NCBI GenBank assembly: GCA_047284725.1
Contig: JBJBEO010000001.1
Location: forward strand, 2,232,203-2,296,202
DNA length: 64,000 bases
Source: Synechococcus sp.
GTDB taxonomy: Bacteria > Cyanobacteriota > Cyanobacteriia > PCC-6307 > Cyanobiaceae
Reading direction: 5' to 3'
Part shown: piece by piece, positions 19,811-29,479 of the stretch
How positions within the stretch are numbered: position 1 is the stretch's first letter
Layout of the letters: the number at the start of each line of letters is the position of its first letter
The notes under the pieces: model-generated
Seen by the model: only the letters and a program-made list of their open reading frames with translations
What the model was told of the DNA's origin: nothing
Databases searched by the model: none
Program-made: the position numbers and the translations under genes

Positions 19811-20487
19811 CGAGAATAGTCACCTATCAACATGAAAGCTTCAGCGGCAGAGGTTGCAATATTGGAACCCCTCAAGGTGGCAAGTGCACGAATAGTAGCT
19901 AAGGAACGCGGCAAGCCGTCGGGTTGCAGCTGACTGCCATAGGCCTTCATAGCCTCAATCTTTAAATCTATCGTAGATTCTATATTCACAAAAACATTGG
20001 GAAGAAAAGCATTTATTGGATACGGTGGAACAACATGAGTCTCCGAAAGTGTTTCATATGCCAAGATTTTACGAATCGAAGATGCAGATTTCAAATATGA
20101 GCGTGTTGCCACGTGAGCCCCGTAAGCTATAGCAGAGTGATCTTTATGCAGATCATAGAAAAAAGGAACGTAGACAACAGATGGCTGCACTCTACGCAGA
20201 ATATTTTCGACAACTTTATTTATTTTCCAGCTAGCAGTAAAGTCGAGACATGCCGCCGGTAGGTTTTCAAAGATCACATCGTGAATCCCCAATATCTCCG
20301 AGGAATTCAAACATTCATCACGAATCTTGTCCCAAAGTGAGTTAGGCCAAATTGGATGGTCGCCATCACCACTTCCAGTAAGAACCGAGAGGATGACATT
20401 GTCACCATCAGCAACATGCCGGGCAATAGTTCCACCAACCCCCAGAACCTCATCATCAGCATGAGGAGCGAAAACCAAAACACTCAT
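19807..20487 (-). CDS. PIG-L/LmbE family N-deacetylase
   Basis: APHADDEVLG, DLHKDH, AYETLSET. Confidence 0.92.
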   Translation of the reverse strand: MSVLVFAPHADDEVLGVGGTIARHVADGDNVILSVLTGSGDGDHPIWPNSLWDKIRDECLNSSEILGIHDVIFENLPAACLDFTASWKINKVVENILRRVQPSVVYVPFFYDLHKDHSAIAYGAHVATRSYLKSASSIRKILAYETLSETHVVPPYPINAFLPNVFVNIESTIDLKIEAMKAYGSQLQPDGLPRSLATIRALATLRGSNIATSAAEAFMLIGDYSR

Positions 20488-20618
20488 ACAATCAAAACCA
20501 ATTAGAGAGGAATACGTTATAACCAGGCTTAGCCCGCAGCAAAGAAAAACAAAAACAAGAAGGATAGCAAAAAACCATAAATTAGATCAAAAAAGGAACG
20601 TAAAAACGTAAACAAGCA

Positions 20619-21902
20619 TCATCTAACACCAAATCCAAAACGAATCATACGCGCTCGATACTTAAAGGCAGTATCTTCCAAGACTTTACACCAACGTTGG
20701 GACAATAGCTCCCTTGAAAAGCTACTCTCGGCCAAAGCACGGGCATTTGAACCTAACGAAGCCCTAAGAGGTGGATCATCAGCGATTGAAATCAAAGCTC
20801 GTGCAAAATCCTCAGGACTTCGTGGTGGAACAGTAAGACCAACTTTCTCTTCGCGAATTATTTCTGAAAGCCAACCAGGATAATTATTGATGACGGGCAA
20901 ACCACAGGACAAATAATCAAAGAACTTATTAGGAGACGTACCTCTATAAAAAGCCGGTACATCCTCAAGAACCATCAGACCAGCATGTACAGACTTAGCA
21001 AGAATACCGGCGAGTTCTGACTTTGGAATCGGGGGCATAAAATGGCAACTAGTAAGCACTTCATCATCTACACGTTGAACCAAAGAAGGTTTACATCGAC
21101 CATCACCAATGAACAAAAAATGTATATCAAGACGCCCCCAATATTTCAATACAGATGCAGTGTCGAGAACAGCGTCTAGTCCATTACAAATTCCATGAGC
21201 ACCAGTAAAGGCCACTACAAGAGAACCAGGATCCAAGGAAAGACCGGCAATTTTCTCCGGCTGCTTGATTTCACCAGACGGGAGGGGGTGAAAGAGATCA
21301 AGATCACAAGCATTTGGTATGTTCGTAATACGCGAAGGGAGCACGCCACGTTCGGCAATACCCTCACAGATCCCCGGGGCTAAGCCAATGCAGGCATCTG
21401 CCGAGTGATAACTAAGCCATTCAAGAGCAGAAAGGGCCGAGAGCACGAATGGGTTACGCAGCACTCCCATTGCACGGGGAAGCTCGGGCCAGAGATCGCG
21501 CACCTCGAAGACAAATGGTGTCCCTCTCAACCAACGGGCGACAATACCGGGAATACCAGCTGTGAGAGGAGTGGTGGTCGCAAAAACAAGATCCGCATCA
21601 GACCGAAGCACTAGCAGTAGGCTCTGCCAGCTATAGCGAAAAAACACCATGGCCCTCTCCAGCAAACCTGCGTAATTCGAGTAGTGAAGGTCGAACTCGA
21701 TGACCTCAATCCCATCCACCAGACCTCTGCGATTGCCATGTCGAAAGGGCCCGTCCAAGCCGGTCTTGGTGCGGGCATCTCGAAGGCACACCATCTGAAC
21801 CTGATTACCAGCCTCCACTAGAGAACGGGCTAGAGCGTAAGAGCGGGTGCCGGCAGCACCTGCAGGCGTAGAGAAATACTGGTGGTAATAAAGAACCTTC
21901 AC
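20619..21902 (-). CDS. GT4 glycosyltransferase (WbuB-like)
   Basis: FEVRDLWPE, SPNKFFDY. Confidence 0.9.
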   Translation of the reverse strand: MKVLYYHQYFSTPAGAAGTRSYALARSLVEAGNQVQMVCLRDARTKTGLDGPFRHGNRRGLVDGIEVIEFDLHYSNYAGLLERAMVFFRYSWQSLLLVLRSDADLVFATTTPLTAGIPGIVARWLRGTPFVFEVRDLWPELPRAMGVLRNPFVLSALSALEWLSYHSADACIGLAPGICEGIAERGVLPSRITNIPNACDLDLFHPLPSGEIKQPEKIAGLSLDPGSLVVAFTGAHGICNGLDAVLDTASVLKYWGRLDIHFLFIGDGRCKPSLVQRVDDEVLTSCHFMPPIPKSELAGILAKSVHAGLMVLEDVPAFYRGTSPNKFFDYLSCGLPVINNYPGWLSEIIREEKVGLTVPPRSPEDFARALISIADDPPLRASLGSNARALAESSFSRELLSQRWCKVLEDTAFKYRARMIRFGFGVR

Positions 21903-21914
21903 GCGCAGTTGATA

Positions 21915-23813
21915 TCAGGAAGGAAGGAGAATGGAAGTAATGAAGACTGCAGGAGCATGCTCAACAGCTACTTCGAGAACAGGCAAAGGAGTTTTGGCAC
22001 CATAGTATTGAGATTCCCAGCCAGATATCAACTCCAGCCGGACAATGGGCTGATCACATTGAACTTGCAGAGTCGCCATTGAACTGATAAGAGTGGAACC
22101 ATCTAAGCTCCATTCTCCAGGACAAAGACGCCAACGCAGCAACGCTTGAGTCCGGAAGGCTGAACAGGTGTCAGTAATAGTCCAAGCCTTTCCCGTTGCA
22201 TCAACCATCACTTGACGTTGATGGCGGCCAAATGGACAGCGGTAGGCAGCGTTAATTGAGAGAACTTCCACCTGAGGTGAAGCTTCAAGCTTCACCCAAT
22301 CACCCCAGAGGAAGCGGCCGAGACGAAGCATGGGCTCGGCACCATCAAAATGAACGGTATTATGAGTTGTAATACCAGGAAAGATGGCAAGATCATCGGA
22401 AGAAGCATTGTATGCATAACTACCACCATCACGCAGGAGGTTGACGCCACGATGCCAAAGATCAAAGTGAAGCGGATCGGCATGTGCAGGCCTGAAACGG
22501 TAGGTAGGGAGGCGGAGCAGGGCCCAACAACTGACGGAAGGCCGCAAGGTTGCATAACCACCATCTTTAAACATAGTTATTACATTCGATGAGGTGGTCC
22601 CCAGAGCAGAATCTAGGGAACGACTAACAGAAAGCCCTAACCAATGGAGCGGTTCATCCCAAGGCCCATCCTGAAAGACTGGGTATCCTCGAAAAAGCAC
22701 GGAAGCTAACTGAATGGTGGGGCGGAAGTCGCGGTAATCCTGGCTGTGAAGGGTGTAGCAAAAGGCTCCGTCGTTGTTGCCGAGGTTGGGTCCATCGCCA
22801 CTAATGGGATCGACCATAGAAGTAAGCCAAGAAGTAGCAGCAAGGCAATGACTAAAAAATCTCTCAGAGAAAGGATCAAGATCAAGCCATCGACACCAAA
22901 GAACAGCCTGAGAAAGCGTATCAAGTAGCAAGCGGTGGTAAGTAAGCGAATGCTGAGAAAATGAGCCATCCGCCATAACGAGTCGGCCAACACTCTGCTC
23001 TAAAGAGAGACGGCCGGCTTTAGCCCACTGGCGACCAGATGAAGCATACAAACTGGAATTGGCTGCAAGCCAACTTCCACCTATGAACAGAGCTGCGGCT
23101 TCAGACGACCAGTGATTGTTTTCCTGAGATTGTGCGTAGTGAACCGTTGCAGAAATACGAGTCAAATGAGCAGAAACGAAGGCGGCTCGCTCGGGATTAC
23201 AGGTGGGGACATACCCTGGGGCGTCGCTCAAATGCCAAGCCTGAAGTGCATGCAGCAGCCGTATTGAACATTCCTGACCGCAAAGCCAGTTGGAACCACC
23301 ATTTACAGGATTGGCCTCACACCAACTCTGACTCCAGGCATTCAATCCATCCCGGTAGTAACTGTCGCCACTGAAAAGCCAAGCGCGCGCGAATAGTGGT
23401 GCCCAACCCCAGCGGGAGAGCTCCCAACAGCGTTTAATATCTGCACCGGAGAAGGGTCTGCAACGGCTCCAATGCTGGCTGCTATCAGGGAAGCGCAGGC
23501 CGGAGGCAGGGTCTAAAAACCAATCCGGTGGTGAGCCAATCTCATGGATTTCATGGCTGAACCAGGTAGCTCGGCCAATAAGCAGAGCATCAGCAACTGA
23601 AAGACAAGCCTCACGTGAAGCCAGAAACCATGAATATGAAGGGAGGTTATCTTGCTCCCGAGATCCCCTCAGTGGCTCGGGTACGGGACAGGGTTCGATA
23701 GGGGAAGCTAAGTGGTGGAGGCCGCTATGCAAAGCGACACGATGTTTGGCTACCGAAGCACAATTACGCCAGCCCAGCCTTTTGCTGGTGCGTAACAGAG
23801 AGAGCAATTTCAC
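21915..23813 (-). CDS. heparinase II/III-family protein
   Basis: WELSR, NNHW, DGSFSQHS..YH, HADPLH; GTG 23813 overlaps the wecC stop. Confidence 0.88.
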   Translation of the reverse strand: MKLLSLLRTSKRLGWRNCASVAKHRVALHSGLHHLASPIEPCPVPEPLRGSREQDNLPSYSWFLASREACLSVADALLIGRATWFSHEIHEIGSPPDWFLDPASGLRFPDSSQHWSRCRPFSGADIKRCWELSRWGWAPLFARAWLFSGDSYYRDGLNAWSQSWCEANPVNGGSNWLCGQECSIRLLHALQAWHLSDAPGYVPTCNPERAAFVSAHLTRISATVHYAQSQENNHWSSEAAALFIGGSWLAANSSLYASSGRQWAKAGRLSLEQSVGRLVMADGSFSQHSLTYHRLLLDTLSQAVLWCRWLDLDPFSERFFSHCLAATSWLTSMVDPISGDGPNLGNNDGAFCYTLHSQDYRDFRPTIQLASVLFRGYPVFQDGPWDEPLHWLGLSVSRSLDSALGTTSSNVITMFKDGGYATLRPSVSCWALLRLPTYRFRPAHADPLHFDLWHRGVNLLRDGGSYAYNASSDDLAIFPGITTHNTVHFDGAEPMLRLGRFLWGDWVKLEASPQVEVLSINAAYRCPFGRHQRQVMVDATGKAWTITDTCSAFRTQALLRWRLCPGEWSLDGSTLISSMATLQVQCDQPIVRLELISGWESQYYGAKTPLPVLEVAVEHAPAVFITSILLPS

Positions 23814-25024
23814 CCCTGATCTGTAACACCACACAGATCAAAAACCTCATGGTTACTGATTTCAAGCCCCTTGAAAGGGCTATGAGCCACGAGGAAGACC
23901 AATAAATCAGCTTGCGTCAAAACTTGATCAAGGGAGTGAAGCTTGATGGTGGGATGGTCAGACAAATTGGGTTCACAAGCAAGAACATCTAAACCGGCCA
24001 CTAAGAGTTCGGTAGTGATATGCAGAGCAGGGGATTCACGCAAATCGTCGACATCCGGCTTAAATGCCAAACCTAAGCAGCCAATGCGGGCAGGACGACC
24101 AAGCTCATCTTCAAGAGTGGCGGCACGAGCCTGAACCTGATCAATGACCCAACGACTCTTGCCGTCGTTAACTCGACGGGCATTTTGGATCAAAGAGGTG
24201 CAGTGGGGTGCGGCAGAAGCAATGAACCAAGGGTCCACGGCAATGCAGTGACCGCCCACACCACAACCAGGCTGGAGTACATTCACTCGGGGGTGATGAT
24301 TGGCCAGACTGATGAGCTCACGCACGTTGATATCAAGGTGATTACAAACCAGTGAAAGCTCATTAGCAAAAGCAATATTTACATCCCGAAAGCTGTTCTC
24401 CGTGAGCTTCACAAGCTCAGCAGTGCGGGCAGTCGTGGAAAGCAATTCCCCTTTGCAGAAACTGGCATAAAAAACCTGACCGGCTTTAGTAGAAGCTGTG
24501 GTGAGACCACCGATCACACGATCATTACTGACAAGTTCATGGAGGATACGCCCGGGAAGGACACGCTCAGGACAATAGGCGATATGAATCTCGTCACCAC
24601 TTACATTGCTTGCTTGGGCAATTACTTGAGCTAACTTCTCAGTCGTACCAACAGGAGAAGTGGATTCCAGCAAAATGAGATTGCCAGGACAAAGAACCGG
24701 AGCAATTGCACGGGCGGCGGAGAGCACATAATCAATGTTGGGCTGTGGGACACCATCGACACTGCTCCTGAAAGGGGTCGGTACGGCGATCAAAAACACA
24801 TCAGCTGGAGCTGGTGTGAGCTGTGCAGAGAGAGAACCGGAGGCAACGGCACTTGCAACTGCCTGTTCTAGGTCAGGCTCCACAATGTGAATGCGACCCT
24901 CATTAACAGTGCTTACAACCTGCACATTCACATCGACGCCAATTACCCGATGACCAGCACGAGCCAAGACGGCCGCTGTGGGAAGGCCTATATAACCAAG
25001 ACCAACTACACAACAAGTACTCAT
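23810..25024 (-). CDS. wecC: UDP-N-acetyl-D-mannosamine dehydrogenase
   Basis: GLGYIGLP, YCPERVLPG, GVGGHCIAVDP, DDLRESP. Confidence 0.9.
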   Translation of the reverse strand: MSTCCVVGLGYIGLPTAAVLARAGHRVIGVDVNVQVVSTVNEGRIHIVEPDLEQAVASAVASGSLSAQLTPAPADVFLIAVPTPFRSSVDGVPQPNIDYVLSAARAIAPVLCPGNLILLESTSPVGTTEKLAQVIAQASNVSGDEIHIAYCPERVLPGRILHELVSNDRVIGGLTTASTKAGQVFYASFCKGELLSTTARTAELVKLTENSFRDVNIAFANELSLVCNHLDINVRELISLANHHPRVNVLQPGCGVGGHCIAVDPWFIASAAPHCTSLIQNARRVNDGKSRWVIDQVQARAATLEDELGRPARIGCLGLAFKPDVDDLRESPALHITTELLVAGLDVLACEPNLSDHPTIKLHSLDQVLTQADLLVFLVAHSPFKGLEISNHEVFDLCGVTDQG

Positions 25025-27132
25025 TGGTTCACGGCCTCCAAAAGCCAGCGCTGAACTTCAAACAACTCTGAAGCAGGGATAGGTGCTGGACCACCCGATT
25101 GAATGGCTTGTATAAAGGCTTTACAACAGTTTATTTGCCCTTTGTCTTGGGCAAGAAGCCGACGCTTTCTGAAGCCAGTGATACCCCAAGCCTCAAGTTT
25201 ACGGTAATTATCGAGGCGGAGCACTTTACCGGAGGCAAACACTTCCAAACGCTCCTTAGGAAAAGCCTTACTGCCATTAGCGAAATAGTGAACAGTGCCA
25301 ATTGAGCCATCTGCAAACCGCAGGGTTAAGGAGAAGGTATCGGGACAAGGCTTGCTATCAGCAGCGCTGAGAAGTTGCAAATCTTCGATAGGGCTGGCAG
25401 CAAGATAGCGAAGTAGATCGACAAAGTGGCAAGCCTCACCAATGAGACGACCTCCTCCAAGAACAGGGTCTTGAGTCCAATGGTCGTCAGGAATGGAACC
25501 GGCATTACACGTATACACAAAAGACTTGGGACCACTGAAACGCTGGAGCTGTAGCTGAAGATCTATCGACAGCGGAGCGAATCGTCGGTTGAAACCAACC
25601 ATTAATAATTGCTCTCCAGTATGTGCTGCTTGTATGGCATCAAGCTGTTCGAAGGTTAGACAAAGGGGTTTCTCTACAAATACATGCTTGCCGGCATCCA
25701 GGGCCTGAACCACAAGTGATGCATGACTGTCGTGACGAGTAGCAATAACAACTGAATTGGACCCAGGGTCTTCCAACGCAGCGAGAACATCAGTGGTTAC
25801 ATGATTAAAACCATATTTGCGGCCAACGTGGACGGGGCCGATGCCGCTAGAGGCAGCAAGACTATGAAAAGAAGCACCGACCTTTGCAAAAGCAGGGATA
25901 AGCATACGGCTGGCATAATTACCAGCTCCGATTACTCCCAACGCGGGTTGGCAAGGAGAGGCAGAACTATGATCAACAGAGTGCTTAACAGAAAGAAGAC
26001 TCGTACACTGGGAGAGGCCGGAATTATCGGCATATTTAAGCAAGATGCCGAGCGACGGCGCGGAACTGGTTAGCAGCTCGTAAGCATCGGCAGCCTCCTC
26101 AAAGAGAAAACGGTGAGATATGAGCAAATCTGTGCGAAGAGCACCCGTCTGCAATACATGGAGAACAGCTTGAAAATTGCGCTGTTCTGTCCAGCGAACA
26201 AAACCGATGGGGTAATCACGACCAAGTTGCTCGTAAGCAGCGTCGTAACGACCAGGCCCGTACGAACAACTAACTTGAAAAGAAAGTTCTTTTTTGTAAA
26301 AAAGATCACGGCGAAGATCTAATCCTGTTACGCCGACCAAAACGATGCGACCACGTTGGCGACAGGCTTGAGCCGCAACATGGACTGGATCGCTCGACGA
26401 AGTGGCAGCAGTAATCAATACACCATCGACACCAACACCATCAGTGAGCTGAGAACACCATGCGACAGGATCTACATTTTCTGAAAGGTGAAAAGCTGTA
26501 ACACCAAGTTGCTCAGCGAGAGCACACTTAGTTGGATCTGGATCAAGACCTAAAACGCGACAGCCATGCGAAACAAGCAATTGTGCTGTCAATAGGCCAA
26601 TCAATCCAAGACCACTGACTAAAAACGTCTCCCCAAGAGTAGGATTAGCAAGACGGATTCCTTGAAGGCCAATAGATGCTAAAACTACAAATGTTGCATT
26701 TTCATCACTAACAGAGTCAGGAATTACTGCACAAAGATTTTGAGGAACAGCTACAAATTCAGCGTGGCTACCATTGGAGACAACTCGATCACCAACTTTA
26801 AAACCAGTGACGTTGGATCCAACTTCTACCACTGTTCCAACATTGCAATAACCAAGAGGAAGCGGTTGATCTAACTTACTACGTACAGAGTCAACGGTTG
26901 ACAAAAGTCCATCAGAACGGGCTTTATCGAACACCTGCTGAACCTTATCCGGCTGCTGACGAGCCTTCTGAATCAGATTCGACCTACCAAAATCAACGAG
27001 CATTTTTTCGGTGCCCGCAGAAACCAGGGAACTATTTGATCTTATTAATAGGGAATTAGAGCTTAGAGAAGGCGAAGGTACATCCCAGATTTCGGTCTCT
27101 CCTGTGGAAAGAAGTTGGATAATTTGCTTCAC
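25021..27132 (-). CDS. bi-domain oxidoreductase (MDR alcohol dehydrogenase-like + Gfo/Idh/MocA)
   Basis: SAGTE, GLGLIG, SCSYGPGRYD; then GAGNY, HVFVEKP, GFNRRF, GEACH. Confidence 0.9.
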   Translation of the reverse strand: MKQIIQLLSTGETEIWDVPSPSLSSNSLLIRSNSSLVSAGTEKMLVDFGRSNLIQKARQQPDKVQQVFDKARSDGLLSTVDSVRSKLDQPLPLGYCNVGTVVEVGSNVTGFKVGDRVVSNGSHAEFVAVPQNLCAVIPDSVSDENATFVVLASIGLQGIRLANPTLGETFLVSGLGLIGLLTAQLLVSHGCRVLGLDPDPTKCALAEQLGVTAFHLSENVDPVAWCSQLTDGVGVDGVLITAATSSSDPVHVAAQACRQRGRIVLVGVTGLDLRRDLFYKKELSFQVSCSYGPGRYDAAYEQLGRDYPIGFVRWTEQRNFQAVLHVLQTGALRTDLLISHRFLFEEAADAYELLTSSAPSLGILLKYADNSGLSQCTSLLSVKHSVDHSSASPCQPALGVIGAGNYASRMLIPAFAKVGASFHSLAASSGIGPVHVGRKYGFNHVTTDVLAALEDPGSNSVVIATRHDSHASLVVQALDAGKHVFVEKPLCLTFEQLDAIQAAHTGEQLLMVGFNRRFAPLSIDLQLQLQRFSGPKSFVYTCNAGSIPDDHWTQDPVLGGGRLIGEACHFVDLLRYLAASPIEDLQLLSAADSKPCPDTFSLTLRFADGSIGTVHYFANGSKAFPKERLEVFASGKVLRLDNYRKLEAWGITGFRKRRLLAQDKGQINCCKAFIQAIQSGGPAPIPASELFEVQRWLLEAVNQ

Positions 27133-27136
27133 AAAG

Positions 27137-27613
27137 CTAATTCAAATACGACTTAGGATTATTCACTCTATACCTTAAAAGCTTAGCCGGATTACCGGCT
27201 ACGATAGCATAGTCGGGAACATCCTTTGTGACAACAGATCCTGCACCTACGACAGCCCCAACACCAATAGTCACACCGTGCAAAATGGTTGATGAGGCAC
27301 CTACCCAAGCACCACGCGAAATTACCACTGGCTTAGCAGTGGGACGAGGACTGTCGATAATATCCGCACCGTCGACAATTTCAAGAGAATGATCACCACC
27401 AACACAAACAACGAATGCAGCAATCATGACATTTGGTTGAACCAGTAGCGGCACTGATGAGTAGAAATGTCTGCCTACGAAGCAATTAGGACCAATGCTC
27501 GTGCTGTATCTAGATGAGACGACGAAGTGCCTACAAATCTTTGAACGCTTAATTGAAACAAGGGGACGAAGTGAGAGAAATAGAGACCGAGCAACATCAA
27601 TAAATGAAATCAT
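27137..27613 (-). CDS. hexapeptide-repeat (LbH) acyltransferase
   Basis: GAVVGAGSVVTKDVPDYAIVAGNPAK. Confidence 0.85.
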   Translation of the reverse strand: MISFIDVARSLFLSLRPLVSIKRSKICRHFVVSSRYSTSIGPNCFVGRHFYSSVPLLVQPNVMIAAFVVCVGGDHSLEIVDGADIIDSPRPTAKPVVISRGAWVGASSTILHGVTIGVGAVVGAGSVVTKDVPDYAIVAGNPAKLLRYRVNNPKSYLN

Positions 27614-28755
27614 TCGGCACCCCGAGCAACCTCAAGGAGGCAATTTTTAATATTAGCATAATAGGAATAATAACCATGCTCAGATGTACTTAGAGAGCAA
27701 AGAGAATGCATTTGAAGAAGTGAGGCAGGAGCCGATTGAGCAAGATCAAGAAGGGCATCAAGAATATCTTGAGTATTAGACATAGTATTCACTACTCCAC
27801 AGCCATTCTTTAACCAATCAGCTTCTGACCCATCACCTATAGAAGCAAGTACAGGAATACCATGAGCGATGGCCTCGGATACAACTAAGCCGCCAAGACC
27901 AGGCATGACTAACAGGTCTTGACCAGTAAATACCCTCGAGAGCGCATCTCCTGACTGACGACCTAAAAAGGTGACATGCTGATTGATACCAAGATCTGTA
28001 GACAAATCCTGAAGATACGAATATAGTTCACCATCACCCACATAAGTAAGATGAGCGGAACGAAAATAATCGGAATTATTACTTATGAGTGGCAAAAGCG
28101 AACTAAATGCGCGCAAAAGAATATGAGGCTTTTTCGCGGCAGTCATAGCCCCAACATATATTAAATTGAAGCAGGAAGGGTTAGGATGGTAGGGCACTTC
28201 AGAAATGCAACGATTGTCGACTGTATTAACGGCACAATAGATTTTGGTGCTTGAAATCCCTAACTTTTTAAAATGGTCAATACCGCGATTACTGTACACC
28301 AAGGCAGCATCAGATAAACGCTCCACAAATGAAAATGGATATAACAAAAATTTCGACAAAGCGCTACGAGTAGGCAATGAGCCTAGACTCCATTGAATTA
28401 ATTTCTTGCGATAAATCTTACAATACGAGAAGGAGACAAGATTCATGAACAGATTAGATGCACCTTCGCAGACCACAACATCAGGAGAGAGTTGCTGCAG
28501 GGTATGAAATAAATCAAAAGAGAGAGGTATATAAGCTTTCCGTCCCATAAAGGAAAGAGTGATATTAAGAGAAGGTAGGCAAAGGCTATTGACAGAAGAA
28601 GTATCACCCGAGATAACTTTAGTGCCTACAAAGTCTTGAAAATGGATAAGAGTAAAGTCTATTTGAGGGTCGCGGGAGAGGTCCTCAAATAGAGGGATTC
28701 TCCAAAATTGAGCGACTCTGTATACAACGACTACCTTAATTTTCATATTGAACAT
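27610..28755 (-). CDS. GT4 glycosyltransferase
   Basis: YVGDG, PGLGGLVVSEAIAHGIPV. Confidence 0.85.
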   Translation of the reverse strand: MFNMKIKVVVVYRVAQFWRIPLFEDLSRDPQIDFTLIHFQDFVGTKVISGDTSSVNSLCLPSLNITLSFMGRKAYIPLSFDLFHTLQQLSPDVVVCEGASNLFMNLVSFSYCKIYRKKLIQWSLGSLPTRSALSKFLLYPFSFVERLSDAALVYSNRGIDHFKKLGISSTKIYCAVNTVDNRCISEVPYHPNPSCFNLIYVGAMTAAKKPHILLRAFSSLLPLISNNSDYFRSAHLTYVGDGELYSYLQDLSTDLGINQHVTFLGRQSGDALSRVFTGQDLLVMPGLGGLVVSEAIAHGIPVLASIGDGSEADWLKNGCGVVNTMSNTQDILDALLDLAQSAPASLLQMHSLCSLSTSEHGYYSYYANIKNCLLEVARGAE

Positions 28756-29479
28756 TCTTGAGACAGGCAGATCGAAGCCGTAAGTCGGAATTGAGGGATG
28801 AATAGGCGCGGTATATAAATCTACTATAACCTTCGCTTACTTTACGAGCACCATGAGAAACATCAGTGTCAAACATCAAAACATCTCCTGCTGAGAACGA
28901 TCTCGGGAGATATGATTCGGAATTTTCGTCAGACAAGATGGTTGATCTATTATCTATAGAGTCGTATAAACCACCTGTACGATTCAATGATTCTAGAGAT
29001 AAAACTCTAGTCATTTTATTCGTTATATGGGTATTAGGTATGATTTTAATTGGGCCAGCATCATAGGGTGTCTCTGTAAGATACACCCATGTTTTTATAG
29101 AACGGAGCCTGTCCCAATGAAGAACATTGCTGGGGGGATTGTTCGATGGAAAGGTTTGCTGTGAAATAAGCTGACGGTTAAACGCAATGTGAAATGGGGA
29201 TACATTGAAGGCTTTTGAAATAGTTTTGAGAAAAAAGGGATTAAAAAAGAAGCGAGTGGTATAAAGAAACTTATTTACATTTAATAGGACACGAGGCCTC
29301 TGGATCTGGCCAATTCGAACGGCTTGATCGTGAGAATTATCATATCGATAGGGATGGGCATTTATAATGTAATCGGCTTCTTGCCTAAGATGATGAAGAA
29401 AGTGCTCACCTATTAGCTTGGGAAGATAGCAATACCCATTAGCAATAAGAGAATGAGCGGCTTGGGTGGAGTTCTTCAT
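28736..29479 (-). CDS. PhyH-family Fe(II)/2-oxoglutarate dioxygenase
   Basis: NGYCYL, HWD, WVYLT...GP..IPNTH, AGDVLMFD..SHGA, distal R. Confidence 0.8.
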   Translation of the reverse strand: MKNSTQAAHSLIANGYCYLPKLIGEHFLHHLRQEADYIINAHPYRYDNSHDQAVRIGQIQRPRVLLNVNKFLYTTRFFFNPFFLKTISKAFNVSPFHIAFNRQLISQQTFPSNNPPSNVLHWDRLRSIKTWVYLTETPYDAGPIKIIPNTHITNKMTRVLSLESLNRTGGLYDSIDNRSTILSDENSESYLPRSFSAGDVLMFDTDVSHGARKVSEGYSRFIYRAYSSLNSDLRLRSACLKNVQYEN

